Shown: piece after piece, positions 1 through 12,924 of the stretch
How positions within the stretch are numbered: the stretch's first letter is position 1
Layout of the letters: every line of letters starts with the position of its first letter
From: Lingula anatina
Lineage: Eukaryota > Animalia > Brachiopoda
NCBI GenBank assembly: GCA_051362555.1
Contig: CM120643.1
Span: forward strand, 6,262,001 to 6,326,000
Direction of reading: 5' to 3'
DNA length: 64,000 nt
Position numbers and translations under genes: made by a program
Notes under the pieces: generated by a model
What the model was told of the DNA's origin: nothing
Seen by the model: only the letters and a program-made list of their open reading frames with translations
The model's database searches: none

Positions 1-44
1 GGGATCTACGCGGGGTTCATATTTAACCTCATTTAATTACGTAC

Positions 45-264
45 CTAAACCTTTCTCCTCGGAGATGTCTATCAGTCCTTTTTCCTTCATCATCTTTTTC
101 ATTTCTGCGGGGTTTTCCCTTTTCATGTTCTTTAGTCTTCGGTTCTTGGGAATGTTTTCTATCTTAAACTTCAGTCCGGGTGGTGTCTCCTCGCTCTCAC
201 TGGCATGCACCTGCTCTAACGCGAGAAGCATGAATAGCGCAGAGGCAAAGAGCAAATATTTCAT
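45..264 (-). CDS. First coding exon of a secreted protein (gene continues off the window edge)
   Basis: ATG at 264 gives MKYLLFASALFMLLALEQVHA-SESEE..., a typical signal peptide (basic N, hydrophobic core, VHA cleavage); ends at phase-1 donor TTAG|GTACGT at 45/44. No family recognised. Confidence 0.65.
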
Positions 265-1634
265 GATTGTGTTTCTTCCTGAAAATTGGTCGTTTAACGA
301 TTGTCGGCTGTGCAATGTGTTATCTACCTCACAAATCACGAACCCTTGGTCACTTCTTTTACCAAACCCGAGATTCGACTGAGTCCGTTAGTGCCGAAGC
401 TTGGGATACTGTGACTTAAATACATTTTTCAAATGTTACCTTGTTAAATTAAACAGGACGAAATGTCTGGTTTCAGTCCAATTAATGGTGCAAGGCAGGA
501 CCTTAAACACGAAAGTTTCTGTTACAGCTGTTCACAGTGTTTAATATATTAATAGGCAAGGAAGACGATTTTGGTATCAAAGTAAAATCCATCAAGCAAA
601 CACTCCCAATAATAGTTATAATAATAATTGATTCTCATAAAGGATCTTACCTTATCACAATGCCCTCTTCTGGTGTATTGAGATTACTCCGTTTCAAATA
701 GTACGATCTACATGCAGTATAGTATAATTTATTTACATCTTTATCTAAGTTTAAAACAATAGGGCGAATTAAAACAATAACTTGGAAATAATTTTGTTGA
801 TTATTGTGATAAAAGTGTCGTGCATGGACCGGTATATAAAATCCACTCGCTGAGGCAAGGAAGTTCTTGTGAGATTTAAGTATTCTCTGTGAAACATGTA
901 TTACGCAACGCAAATTAATTTGAACTTTCCTGATTGATAATGAATTTGGTTCTTACTTGAAATTTTAGATCTAAAAAACAGCTGTTATTTACTCAGGATA
1001 ATTCTGTGTTAGATCGGGTAAGTAATGTGGCTTTGGGTCAAAGACAGCTATTTCATTATTTCTTACTACATTTTACGATGGTGCTGAAAGAAGACTGCCA
1101 TTAATCCAGTTTAAGTGTTCTTTTATAGAATCTATAATTAGTTTTCAACTTATATGTATTAAGTGTGTAAATGTGTGTTTGTGTATGTGCTTGTGTGCGT
1201 GTTGTGCGTGCTTGTATATGTCTGTGTAAGAACACTAGGGACTTATCTTGGTTTGGTTCTTAACTGTTTTATAATTATCGTTGTTATGGTGCCTAGGGAC
1301 AAAGGGAAACCAAGTAAAATATTCCCGAGAATGGGCACATACGAGAAAAGCGAACGACATCCACATCTACTTAAAAATTAAGCCCGAATATTGAAAGTCG
1401 CATAGACAGGAAGTTAGACAGCTAAGAACATAGAGCGTCACACACAGAATGAACATGTAGCCAAGACCTGTGTCAGGCAACCAAACAACAGAATGCAAAC
1501 TTCCAAACTTGAGCAGAGCTAATGTATTTATTTGTATCTTGCACTAAAAAGCCATTAACTGCGACTCATGGCCTGTTTCTTTGTATATCTTTCGAAAATA
1601 GAAAAAAAAGGCTGCTGAAACAAATATGAAGAAC

Positions 1635-1865
1635 TTAAGTAAATATGACAAATGAGAATTTAAGTTATGTAACTGCTATTGCACTGATTTACTTTTATCC
1701 ACCATTGAAGCACTCACTGCACCAGTCGCATTCACTTGATTGTCCGTTTTATAAGTAAATATGACAAATGAGGATTCAAGTTATAAATTTGTAACTTCTA
1801 TTGCACTGATTTACTTTCACCCACCACTGAACCACTTATTACATCATTGCATTTTCAGCTGATGC
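1635..1865. repeat. Diverged tandem duplication, two ~115-bp units
   Basis: taagtaaatatgacaaatgag...tattgcactgatttactt occurs at ~1636 and ~1752. Confidence 0.7.
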
Positions 1866-4800
1866 ACCAGGTGCAAACGTTACGAAATGTGCACAGACAT
1901 TTAAAATGACTTTCTCGGAAAATCAATCCATTGCATGTCTCCAAGGTGTGTCCGTGCGAGGCTATTGGAAGTATTCATATTTAAAAACAATCTGCCGAAT
2001 GCTATCGCGTACAAAAACCCAACAAAAAGAATGTGAACATACGTAAATATACACCGATAAATGCCGGTGTAAAAAGAAATTATGTCTGTCAGGAATTTAC
2101 GTCCTAGCTGCGTATAAATACACCTGGGAGTCAAGGTCTGGGTATGACCAGGGAATCATATCGGAATTCCCTGGTATGACAGAGTATCCTTGGATATACA
2201 TGCCCATGGGTCATATTTTAACAGAGGTCCTTGGGGACATATGTATGCATATACCACTTCCGCACTGAGTTAACAAATAGCAGAAGCAAGTCAAAAATGC
2301 ATTTTGAATAAATAAAACTGAGTACTTAATTACTTTTCCGTGTTCCCCGGCTTTAAGTACTATCCGGTAACAAGATCCTAGCAAGCTAAGAAAAAAAGAG
2401 TTTTGAGTAACAAATAGTGTGCTTTAGGAAAATTCCACTTTATAGGCTACTATTCGAGATTGAACGTCTGTTGTGAATTCAAATGGTCACAATTTATGTA
2501 AGTGCACATTAAAAATTAAGTCCATCGAACTGATAGGAAGCGTAGAGAACCTTTGAGTGCAATATGATTTTCTTTAGTGTCATCTAGTGCGAAACATATT
2601 TTCGCATTAGGCAAAAGTGGAAAATGGCAAATCACACGAGGGTTTTGTCAATTGGTTAATTTTACAATCAAAAAAGAACTGTTCTGTCGTGGATTAAAGC
2701 TGCAAAGTGGGCTTTTTGAACCTTCCAAATATGACGCAATGGAAATAATATTTTAGGTCTGTAGTTTTAGGAGACGAAAAAGGATTGACTATAAGGAAAT
2801 GTTGAATATGTAAATGACAAAGTAGATTAGAAAATAAGTAAACGCGTGGTCAATTCAGAGTAATAGAGGATAAATCCCCTTGTATTTGTATGTGTGAGAT
2901 ACGGGAATATAAATGTTAATAAACTCAAACTTGACGTCTTCAATGTAACAATTCTTTCCATTCAAACCCATGGGTAACAACTACTATCTGGTTACGGCTA
3001 CCGCTATATGCGTTTTAAGCAATGACAGATCGTAAATCTATTCCTTGCAAATCTCGGAATATCTCGCAGCACTTTATGTACATGCAGAAGTTCCAAACCA
3101 CTGATCAACACTGGAAATGACGGTTTCGCGTGTTAAAACTTACAAAATGCGGTTAAAGAGGCACAAGTCTACATCATTGAGTATGCATCCTTAGTTTGAC
3201 TAGCCTTCTAGGCCATCTTCACTCGGATCCATAGTTCGTTGCAGACCAGCTTGTCAACGAGGGCATGCTTTGCACTATATTTTATCCTAATGAGGCTTCA
3301 TCGTTACCAAGGCTTTTTTTCCTCTCCGAGTCACGTCAGTCATGCGCATATTTTGGGTAACATTTGCATAACTGGTTTACAACCATACAGCTAGATTACG
3401 CAGGCCAGTTTATTGATTTGGATGGTACCACTTGCTATATCGACGAAAGGGTTTTACTGATAAAAGCGGTAAAATTTCGACTGTACCTTAAATGAAGAAA
3501 TGTACAATTAACACAATCATATTTTGTGTAACTCTCAAGAGAACATGTGGCCACCACAAGCACAATGTCAAGAAATCATCAGAATGCCTAAGCTACAAGA
3601 ATAACACAAGGACATTTCATTAAACCAAAATATCAAATATGTCCTTCAGAAAAAGAAAACAAAAAAGATTCAATTAATTTACCTTCCCTCCTAATTGATA
3701 AATGGTTAAATGAAATCGTTTATGTACTTAGACTTACACTTAACGAGGAAGTAATTTCTTAATCGTAATAATTGATTGTTACTAAACAAGAAAGTCATTT
3801 TTAATCGCAACGTGTAACTGTTACAAGTCAACAACAACTCACAGACTTGTAAAATACAAAGACGTTACAAAGAGAGTTTGAAGTGCAGTCTAGATTTGCC
3901 CTGAAGCTTCATGATTCTCCCACCAATGAGCAATGCCTTTCTCTTGTAGAAAAAATAAAATGTTCAAAATTAAAACGATTTTTTAATGTGCATATTTATC
4001 ACTGAGACAAGGTCAATTGTCTCTCTTTTAAGAGCTTTGTGACATTTACTTATATCGTTTTATATCAAAAACATCATTAGAGCAATGTGCCCCATAAAAC
4101 GTACTTTGGCGTCGATGGCAGTAAAATTCCAAATCTTCATCTAAGCAAATTCAATACACTTTCTTTTCTTTCCTCTCTTTTTCCCCACAATTTTTATTAG
4201 TATTATCATTAAAGATACATTTAGGACGAGCGTCGGTGGAGCTTGGATTTCCAGTAACGTATATAAATCACTTTTACTAGTTACTTATACGACTCAGATT
4301 TAGTTGACGTGCCAAGGGAAACCTATTTAAAAGGATAACAACTGTTCATTTTGTCCAAAAAATGAATTTTCCTGGGGTAAATGACAATTTTTCCAAGCTT
4401 ACCAATGGTTAATGAATCCATTTTTACATTCAAAGTTAGTCCCTGGTTTTTTTTTCTAAAAAGTTTTTTTTTTTTTTTGGGGGGGGGGGGGGGGGTAATA
4501 ATCTCTTAAGATATTATGGAGGTCATTTTGTCCGATGACAGGCACAGATTTAAGAATAGTTACTATAAAGGTCATTTTTGTGAAAAAAAATAGAATATAT
4601 TATATATATATGAATTGTTTACAATGTATTTATTGTGAAATATGGATCTCATACGAAGAGTTGTTATCTCTTTAATCGCTCTATTAATCAAATAACTGCC
4701 GTTTTTTTTTCTTTTCTGACTTATCTGCTCTTCTTATACATAGAACAGTTCATATATCATTTTTCTGGTGATATGCAACGGTGTAGATTGGTGTTTCTCT

Positions 4801-5061
4801 AAGTTATGCAATTTGAAAAAATAAATAGTTCCCTTTGACCGTCAATTTTAATGAACGTGTGGTCGAGAGCAATGCCATCTAGCTTTCTGCAATAACTGCA
4901 TCTTTGTGTGATTTTGAATTTCGATGTTTCATAACAAACTTGTATGTATTTAACAAAATTTTTATATCATTATCATTTAATGACTTCCAATTGCAAAGTA
5001 TAATTCAATGTCGTTATAAAGAAAAAAGCTAAACAAACAGCCCTTTACGTGTATTCTTTTA

Positions 5062-5340
5062 TTTATAACCTCCGCCAAGGAGGTTATGTTTTCACCCCTG
5101 TTTGTTTGTTTGTCTATCTGTCTGTCATCAACATAACTCAAAAAGTTATGAACCGATTTTGATGAAAATTTCAGGAACTGTCAGAAGTGGGCCAAGGAAC
5201 AGATGATAAGTTTGTGGTGGTGATCCGGATCAACCGTCAATCAATAATAAAAAATATCGAAAATTTAGAGGTGAAATGGCATTGGATGGAGACTTTGCTG
5301 CCTTGGCGGAGGTCTGCGCTCTCTGAGTGCTTTTCTAGTT
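5062..5340 (+). mobile_element. Helentron-associated non-autonomous element (HINE / DINE-1-like)
   Basis: Subterminal inverted repeats acctccgccaagg (5068-5080) and ccttggcggaggt (5301-5313), gttt/gtct microsatellite, 3' hairpin gcgctc-tct-gagtgc then ttttctagtt, T-rich flanks. Confidence 0.8.
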
Positions 5341-5899
5341 AGCATTTGAATTACAAGACAGAATAAAGATGGCGTGCTGTATAAATCTCAAATTTAATTT
5401 CACAAGTGGAAAATCGACATTGATAGCTAGAAGCGATTTTATCTTGTAGATATCCCCTTGAACCTAGATTAATGCAAACAGGCTGCTGTGCTAAAAGGTT
5501 TTGGATAATCGTGAATAATAGATGACAGGCAAAAGTTTTACTATCATCGGTATCACCCGTACCCTTTTAATACTTGATTTCAAAATTTAAGCATCTAGTT
5601 TTTTAAAACTTCTCAAACATTTTAATAAAATTATTCTTTTTAATTTTTTTTATTTAATTAAAAAATAATACATTGTACAAACATTTTAAATGTAAGTATA
5701 GTTAAAACTATACTTAAGTACATGTATATATGTCCCAGACCCAACCCAATCCAGGCATATTCTAAATCCACTAATCCCAATATGGCATAATGCATTAATT
5801 GTTAAAAGCAGCACAACCTCATATATTAACTAATTTACAGGTACTAAGACGGTTACCAGTAGTTTGGAGTTTCACTTGTAAGTAAGGCCCGATTGCCAT

Positions 5900-6660
5900 A
5901 TAACTTGATCAAAGAAAGCAGATGGAATGGAATACGGAGGTACTGTGGGGCAGTAATATTTCAGAAAATTCAATAAAGTACAACATACAATCATAACCAT
6001 GACTTTTACTACGCTTGAGAATTTTAATGGATTCTTTAATTTCCTCTGTTAATTCTGTATTCAATTCATCAAAAATTGAGCCATTTCCATTGTCTAAAGT
6101 AACACTAGGTGTAGCACCTCCATTTTCATCGCTGTGCATGTTCTTAAAATACTGGAAGAATTCATTGATTGATAAGTTTGGTGTGAAGGTTTTCCGATTC
6201 AAAAATCTCTTGTAGAATTCACGAGGGTTATTTTTTTCAAGTAATTGGCTGTAATTTTCTTTGCATTTACTGTTTGCCTATATTTTTTGGCTGAATTAAA
6301 ATCTTTCATTACATTATTTAGTACACTAACAAAAGAGGTAACGCAATCCTCCAGACCTGCTGGTTCAGCAAGATTATTATTTCTAATGCAACCTTCCAGT
6401 TACTTAATGTTATTTAAAAGTGCAGCAGGTTTTCATTCCATTTAAATTCGGCATGCGAGACATCTTCATCAACTATACGTCGTATACAGTCGTAGCGCAA
6501 TCAACATGTGTAGGTACATTAGAGGTCCGAGGTTCTACATGTAACGGGGCATGGTCAGAGTATGTATTAAAACTTCCAACAATAAACTTTCTAATCTCTG
6601 CAAACAGGTCTGGAGTAGCCAAAAGATACTTCAGCCCTTGGCCCCATTGTAAGTAAAATC
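5900..6660 (-). mobile_element. Degenerate non-LTR retrotransposon (LINE ORF2) fragment
   Basis: Minus strand reads IVGSFNTYSDHAPL (APE endonuclease SDH motif, 6551-6559) and FDELNTELTEEIKESIKILKRSKSHGYD (linker before the RT domain); frameshifted and truncated. Confidence 0.75.
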
Positions 6661-7344
6661 ATTTGAGTAGCTAGAGTGACGGCCATCCGTGAACTGCTGC
6701 TGTTGCCACTCCGACATAAAATACCGTAGATATTGCAAACATGTATCAGCACATGAATCGTAATAACATCCAACAACTTTCATGAAAATAAACTGAAATT
6801 AAATCTGGAGATTCGTTTATCTATTAGCATTTCGAATTTACGTTAAATCTCGGCACGTTCGTCTTCATCGCCATCATACTTCCGTCGCAGTCTGAAGCGC
6901 GAAGATCAAACAATATCAAAACCGTAAATAGGAGTCCTTACGTAGGAAACATCGCGCTGGGGAACGGGTTTAATTAAGGCATTCTTGTTAACGGTATCGT
7001 CAGTAACTAAGAGAATCATAAACAAATCTGGGTGACTCTATCTATTACAAAGCCTAAAATCAAAATTTTTACTTTTCAGTACTATACAAGAACAAATAAT
7101 GAAAAGAACCGAGGCAGAATAATTTTAAATAAAAAAAGGAATCTGAACGACAAATACAACTTTAAGCAAATGAAATCAAAAATAAAAAAATACACGCTCA
7201 TGATTATGACTTACGCGTTATAATTAATTTTTAAAATAATATAGGTTCATTGTCAATGCATGGCAGGACTATGTGAAAACGGCACACACCCTCCCCTACA
7301 CATACACTACAGAGAGAGAGAGAGAGAGGCGCGAATTGGGGGGG

Positions 7345-8470
7345 GGGAGCTGAACAGTTAACGCGGTCTGAAAAATTTTAGGGAGAGTCAGATGAAACAT
7401 AGAGGGACCGTGGCATCTATTAAGTTCTACACGATGAATCTGGAATTGTGGGCTAGTTTAAGTTTTTTCTTTAAATATTTGCAATATACTCTGCCTTTCC
7501 GTAACCTTATGCGATCAAAATATTTTCCTGGTGTCTTGATACATCTCCCACTTCTCTCTGCCCCCTAAAACGGTCCACACTAAAAAATCAATAGTCGTAT
7601 GGCAATTTTATACTACAGGCAATTGACCTACATTTATACCCAAGCAGCTATTGCCGAGTTTTATGGCAATGGAGTGAAAACGTGATACACGTCTGTGATA
7701 TAAAAATTATTTCTAATTAAATAATTTACAAACAGTGCGTGTGGATCAAAGGTGTCCCTATTTGTGAGCAAAAGAGGTCATTACTTTTTGAAAATAATGA
7801 AAAATTTGGAGACAAGCCAATCAGAAAAAATGCATTTTTCTCTTATGTGCAAACTAGGATCCAAAATAGGATCCTAGATGCAAATTAGGTTCCTTGAAGT
7901 AATATAATTTTATAAGACTGGTCGGAAGTGATGTTCATATCAGAGATTTGTAATGTTGATGATCTTGATGGCCTTGATGATCTTAATGGTGATAAAAAAA
8001 AAAAAAGAGTTTTTAGTTGTCATCTGGTGAGAAAGAAATTTTCTGCACAATCATTCCACGAGTGAAGAATACGTGGTAAACGCGCCTCAGAGATGCACTG
8101 CAGACGTCACGGCTTTTGGGTGAAAATCGCACGCGATATTCGGTTAGACTATAATTATGATATATAGGTAAAAAAAAAAAAAAAAACTGAGTGAAAATGG
8201 ATATCGGCAAAACATTAAAATTTTGACAGCATTTTTATTTATTTGTGTTCGTCAAGGATAAATTTAATAAGAATACTCTCTCTCTCTATATATATATAGA
8301 AGCGAATATTAAGGAGAAACCCGAGAGAAAAAGTAATAAGCATAACAGTCAAAACATGCAGAAGTTAAAAAAAAGTTCAGAGTTAAAAATTTTGTTGGCC
8401 ACTACATATCCTCTTCGCAGAAGTTTATAGGGACATTTTTAAGGCAGCTTGTAGCCGTATAAAATTGATG
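7345..8470 (+). repeat. ~1.1-kb dispersed repeat, copy 1
   Basis: Collinear with 56801-57873 from gggagctgaacagttaacgcggtctgaaaaatttta onward; same orientation. Confidence 0.85.
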
Positions 8471-10093
8471 TTGTAAAGTAAATGACTTACGTTTTCACTA
8501 ATTGCAGATAATTATTAAGACGGAATCAAATGAGTTAAATTATCATTCCCGGTAAATGGTTTTAGGAAATGTATTCTGAATCAGGTCAAAATTTTAAATA
8601 TCTGCTTCGGAAGATCACGTTAAAAGATTTCACTATGTAGCCTACGGTAGCCATATAGTTGTGGGAATTTGTAAAAAAAAAGGTTTTGTGGTCTTATATG
8701 AGACTTCATTTTCACACTTGCAACCGACATAGAAAAATAATGTTTGAAAAGAACGATAAAAACACGTTTGTAAGCCCATATACGCGGAAGTAGTCTCATA
8801 TGCTGGTACAAGGTCACGCGGATAAGGCACTTACAAGTTGATATGCGTTATCTTCATCTTTCTGTTTGATGAAGCATTTTACAGGTAAGGAATATAGTTG
8901 TATAGTATTTTCTGTAACAAGCAACGATAAAGTATGAGTTTTAATCGCTCATTTTTTCACGGAATCGGGTATAGACGAGGCTGTATATTTGTTGGTCAGT
9001 TAGTTAACAGTTTGATACCATGACCGCGTTCACAAGTGCATTGATAAAAATCTTTTAGTTCCAATATAAGGGGAAAGGCAAGGAAGAGCATGACCGCAAA
9101 CTTCACTGTGTAATCTCCTATACCCTTCAATTAACGGTTATATTTAGGGATTACAGAGGAAGGGGAGGAGGGTGGGTGTAGCTCTAGCCAAGTCTTAAAA
9201 TCCGGAAATAACAAAAACCGTGTGTGTGAACGAAAGCATTTGAAAATGATTACGGGTCATGATAGGGACGATGGAAATAAGGTAAAACTGACAATAATAG
9301 GCTTCCATTTCATATATTATCATTGCACACGTAGGCCTACATGTATATCTTTGCCATCATTACCCAACGTTATAACCAAATACCAACAGCATTTAATGTC
9401 TAAAGCGGGGAAATAGGTACTTTCACATTCGCTACAAATTTCTTCTTAGTTTACCTTACAGCAGACAAAAACATCACGTGATGTATTACTCATACTTGTT
9501 CTACTTTTACTTACATCATTGGCTTCCGGGGCACGTAGACCTATAACTGAAGTCACCTATGAAGCTGGCACCTTGAGATAATAAACGGTATCAGTGCCGC
9601 ATTGGCCGAGAAATAATTTTGGTAGTGGCGGTGGTGGAGGAGGGGGGGGGGGGGCAACAGTTGAAGGCCTATATATACTGTAATAACCATAGGGACAGTC
9701 GGGCTGACGTCACACGCCTTAGCAACCGGCATCTGGGGTAAAACAAATCGGGCAACATGGCGGATCGCATTGACTTCTATGTAAAAGTTGGCAGACTTTG
9801 TCCGAAGATATCATTCTTCACAGTGCTTGACCACTTGTGTCAGTGAGGATGAGTTATTTACCTGGTTGATTTCCTTTACAGGCTTTTGTAATTAGCAGCT
9901 GCACACCGGGTTAAGAGATAAAATCGTCCCTAATATAACTGCCGATCGTTATCTGTGATCGGGAATTTTACAGCAGAAGATTTTGCAAAGGCAGTGCTTG
10001 ACCTTTTGTGTCGGGTGCGTTGAATCATTTACCTGGTCTATTGAGTCAGCAGGCCTTTGTAATAAGCTACTGTTTAACTTGTTACGAGATAAA

Positions 10094-12924
10094 CCCAGAC
10101 AGCCTCAGTAATCTGGCCCACGTCTGGCCCAGATCTGGCAACGTCTGGCAATATCTGGGCCAGATTTTGCCAGACACTTGCCAGATCTGGGCCAAGTCTG
10201 GCAAAGTCTGGCATTTATGCCACATTTTGCCAGACACTTGCCAGATCTGGGCCAAGTCTGGCAAAGTCTCCATGGCATTTATGCCACATTTTGCCAGATG
10301 CTGCCCAGACTTGGGCCAGATATGGTATTTTCATTTTCAATTTTTATTTTCTTTTATTTATTTTTTATTGACCAGTGAGCTGAATGCATTGAACTGACGT
10401 CATTTGATAAATTTTGATTTAATTTATCTCTCTCTCTTTTCTTCAAAGTCCCCTCATAAGTGTGCTATTTGTTTAATTTGACTTGACATTTGAATGAATT
10501 CACTGTTCTAAAACTTTTTTGAACTACTCGTTCCGCTGTTGTGAGATTCCGCTTTTTATGCTAAGCCGGTCAAGGACCCGGATGTAGCGTTTCTTAGAGT
10601 TATGGATATGAAAAAAGCACAAGCGTATCAAACTGATACAATTCGTTGAGTGATTTGATTTGTGATGCGATTTATTTCGAAGGCATCAACACTGGCGACG
10701 AGGATTAACACTAGTGCAAAACTGTGAGCCAACTTTCTTTGAAAAAATGGAGGAAAAATGTGAAATTACGGAATTCGAACCGTACAAAAGTCCGGAGACA
10801 TTAGGGTCACGCTCGACGCGATGGCTAGACAGTTTTAACCTCTTCGCTGACGGAAAAGATTGATCTTTTCAAAACCAACGGACGGCATGAATAATGAAAA
10901 AAGATAGAAAATTAAAAATACATGACAGAGGAGACGCGCGCTTATGTTGCATTCAGCAGGGACAGGTGTAAAAGATATTTTCAGGACTCTCCCAAACACA
11001 GGTTAGAAACATGAATATACATTAGACAGTTAACGCTTTGAATGAAATTGGAACACCAGAAACTGTGAGTATGATGAAACCGAAGTCATTTGACAAACCA
11101 AGCCAGTCTAAACATTACGAGTTTAGACATGAAAAACGAAGTAGAAACGCCCTGACTGAGAAAACATGGAACGTTGGATCACTTTGCAAAAGTCTGCAAA
11201 ACTGAAACTATTATTCATGTAAATGACAGCTTTGAACATGATAATCCAGGAGTGCATATACATTTGGTGTGGGAACCAATGCAATATACACAGAAGACAT
11301 GGAGGGAATATAGGCAGTGTTAATCTCAGTGTATTACCAGATTCAGGTGCATATTGTAATATCATTGATGAAAATACATGGAGAATGCTGAAATCCAAGA
11401 AAAATAAATGTGGCTCTTGTGGAGGACTAGAAAACAAACAGTATTATTCATACACGTCTGAGAAACCTTTAAAAGTGAAGGGAACATTTGAATGTGACGT
11501 AAAGGAAGAGACCAGTAGTAGTGAAAGGACATGGGATTTGATATGAGTTGATAAGTTTTGAGAATTTTCAGTGTGGTTTAAGGAATAAAAGTTGGAGTTC
11601 ATATGCTATTCTGCAAATGTTTGAAAGGACATTTTAAAGACTGAACTGTCAATAAACATGTTTTGAAAGGACCGTTTCTCTCCAAGAAAGGAAGGGATGT
11701 TGTGTTTTGACATGACATTTGAATGAACTGTTGTTAACTTGGTAGAGTTACTTGTTCCATATTGTTGATTCCATTAATAATTATAAGCTTGTCAAGGAGC
11801 CGGATGTATCATTTCTTAGTGTTATGGATTTGAAAAAAGCGCAAACATTGCAAACTGGTTCAATTCATTGAGTGATTTGATTCATGATGTGATTTAATTC
11901 AAAAGCATTGATACTGGGGTTTGTTTTTGTGCACATGTAATTCTCTTTTAATTGTACATCCATATCTGTGCTGGAGTATACATATTTTTTTTTTTTCAGA
12001 ATTTACATGTATGTACAGTACTGTAGCCAGCATGCAAGTTGAATTACAGTTACTGCATGGTTATTTATAATTTTGTTATAACTCACCATCATCTAAAAAA
12101 AAAATGTTTTTTCATTCATTATTCAAGATTTATTCATTACAAAACTATATTCATTAGTGATTATTATTATTAATGATATGTTTGAATTAGTTTAAAAATG
12201 ACAATGTGTGCAAAAATATTTCCCCCTCAAACTCCTCCCCCATGTACATGCATAATTAATTACAATTTTTGTAATTTGTGTTAATTCAGATTCGATGAGC
12301 AGCTTTGTGTTGAAAAAAAATTGTTGTTATAACTGTTTTCTTTACATGTATGTAAGTGACATTTCCTCCTGTTAAGTGTCTGTATATTTACCTTTTTGCA
12401 GTGTAGTTTTTTTTTTTTTTTTCAAATATACATTGTTTTGTACAAAAAGACAAGGAGTGACCCTTAATTTGTTACATGTTAGTTGCCAGCAAGGTTATAT
12501 AATGTGTAATAATTTTGTTTAGGGCTTTAGCACAGAATAAATACTTGAATCTTGAATCTTGTATGTCTTTTTTATAGTAATCTTATTGAATAATTAAAAA
12601 TAATTAAAAAAAAGAAAAAAAAAAAACATTCTGGGCCATATGTGGTCCATGTCTGGCCCTAATCTGGCCCATTTGTTTATGATCTGGCCCACATCTGGCA
12701 TGCCATACATTTGCCAGATATTGCCAGATCTGGGCCGACATCTGGCCATATGAGCAAATGTGGACTGGGCCAGATGTGGCAATGTCTGGGCCAGATCTGG
12801 CCCAAACATTGCCACATCTGGCCCACATGTGGCAAGCCATACGTGGGCCATACCTTTTGCCAGACATTGCCAGATGTTGCCAGATCTGGGCCAGACGTGG
12901 GCCAGATCACTGAGGCTGTCTGGG
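10094..12924. mobile_element. EnSpm/CMC-like non-autonomous element
   Basis: Termini cccagacagcctcagt / actgaggctgtctggg, AA flanks, dense subterminal gccaga/tctggc repeat arrays at 10110-10325 and 12630-12910. Confidence 0.8.
10470..11913 (+). mobile_element. Internally deleted Gypsy-type LTR retrotransposon
   Basis: Diverged LTRs ~10470-10691 and 11698-11913; PBS tggcgacgaggat (10693, complementary to a tRNA-Ser(GCT)-type 3' end); PPT aagaaaggaaggga (11684-97); gag remnants (FEPYKSPETLGS..RWLDSFNLFADGK, RRRALMLHSAG); protease-like LPDSGAYCNII in ORF 11223-11546; no RT or integrase. Confidence 0.8.

Noticed and set aside
3153-3492. Possible Kolobok-type MITE with TTAA flanks
   Set aside because: Terminal inverted match too weak to support.
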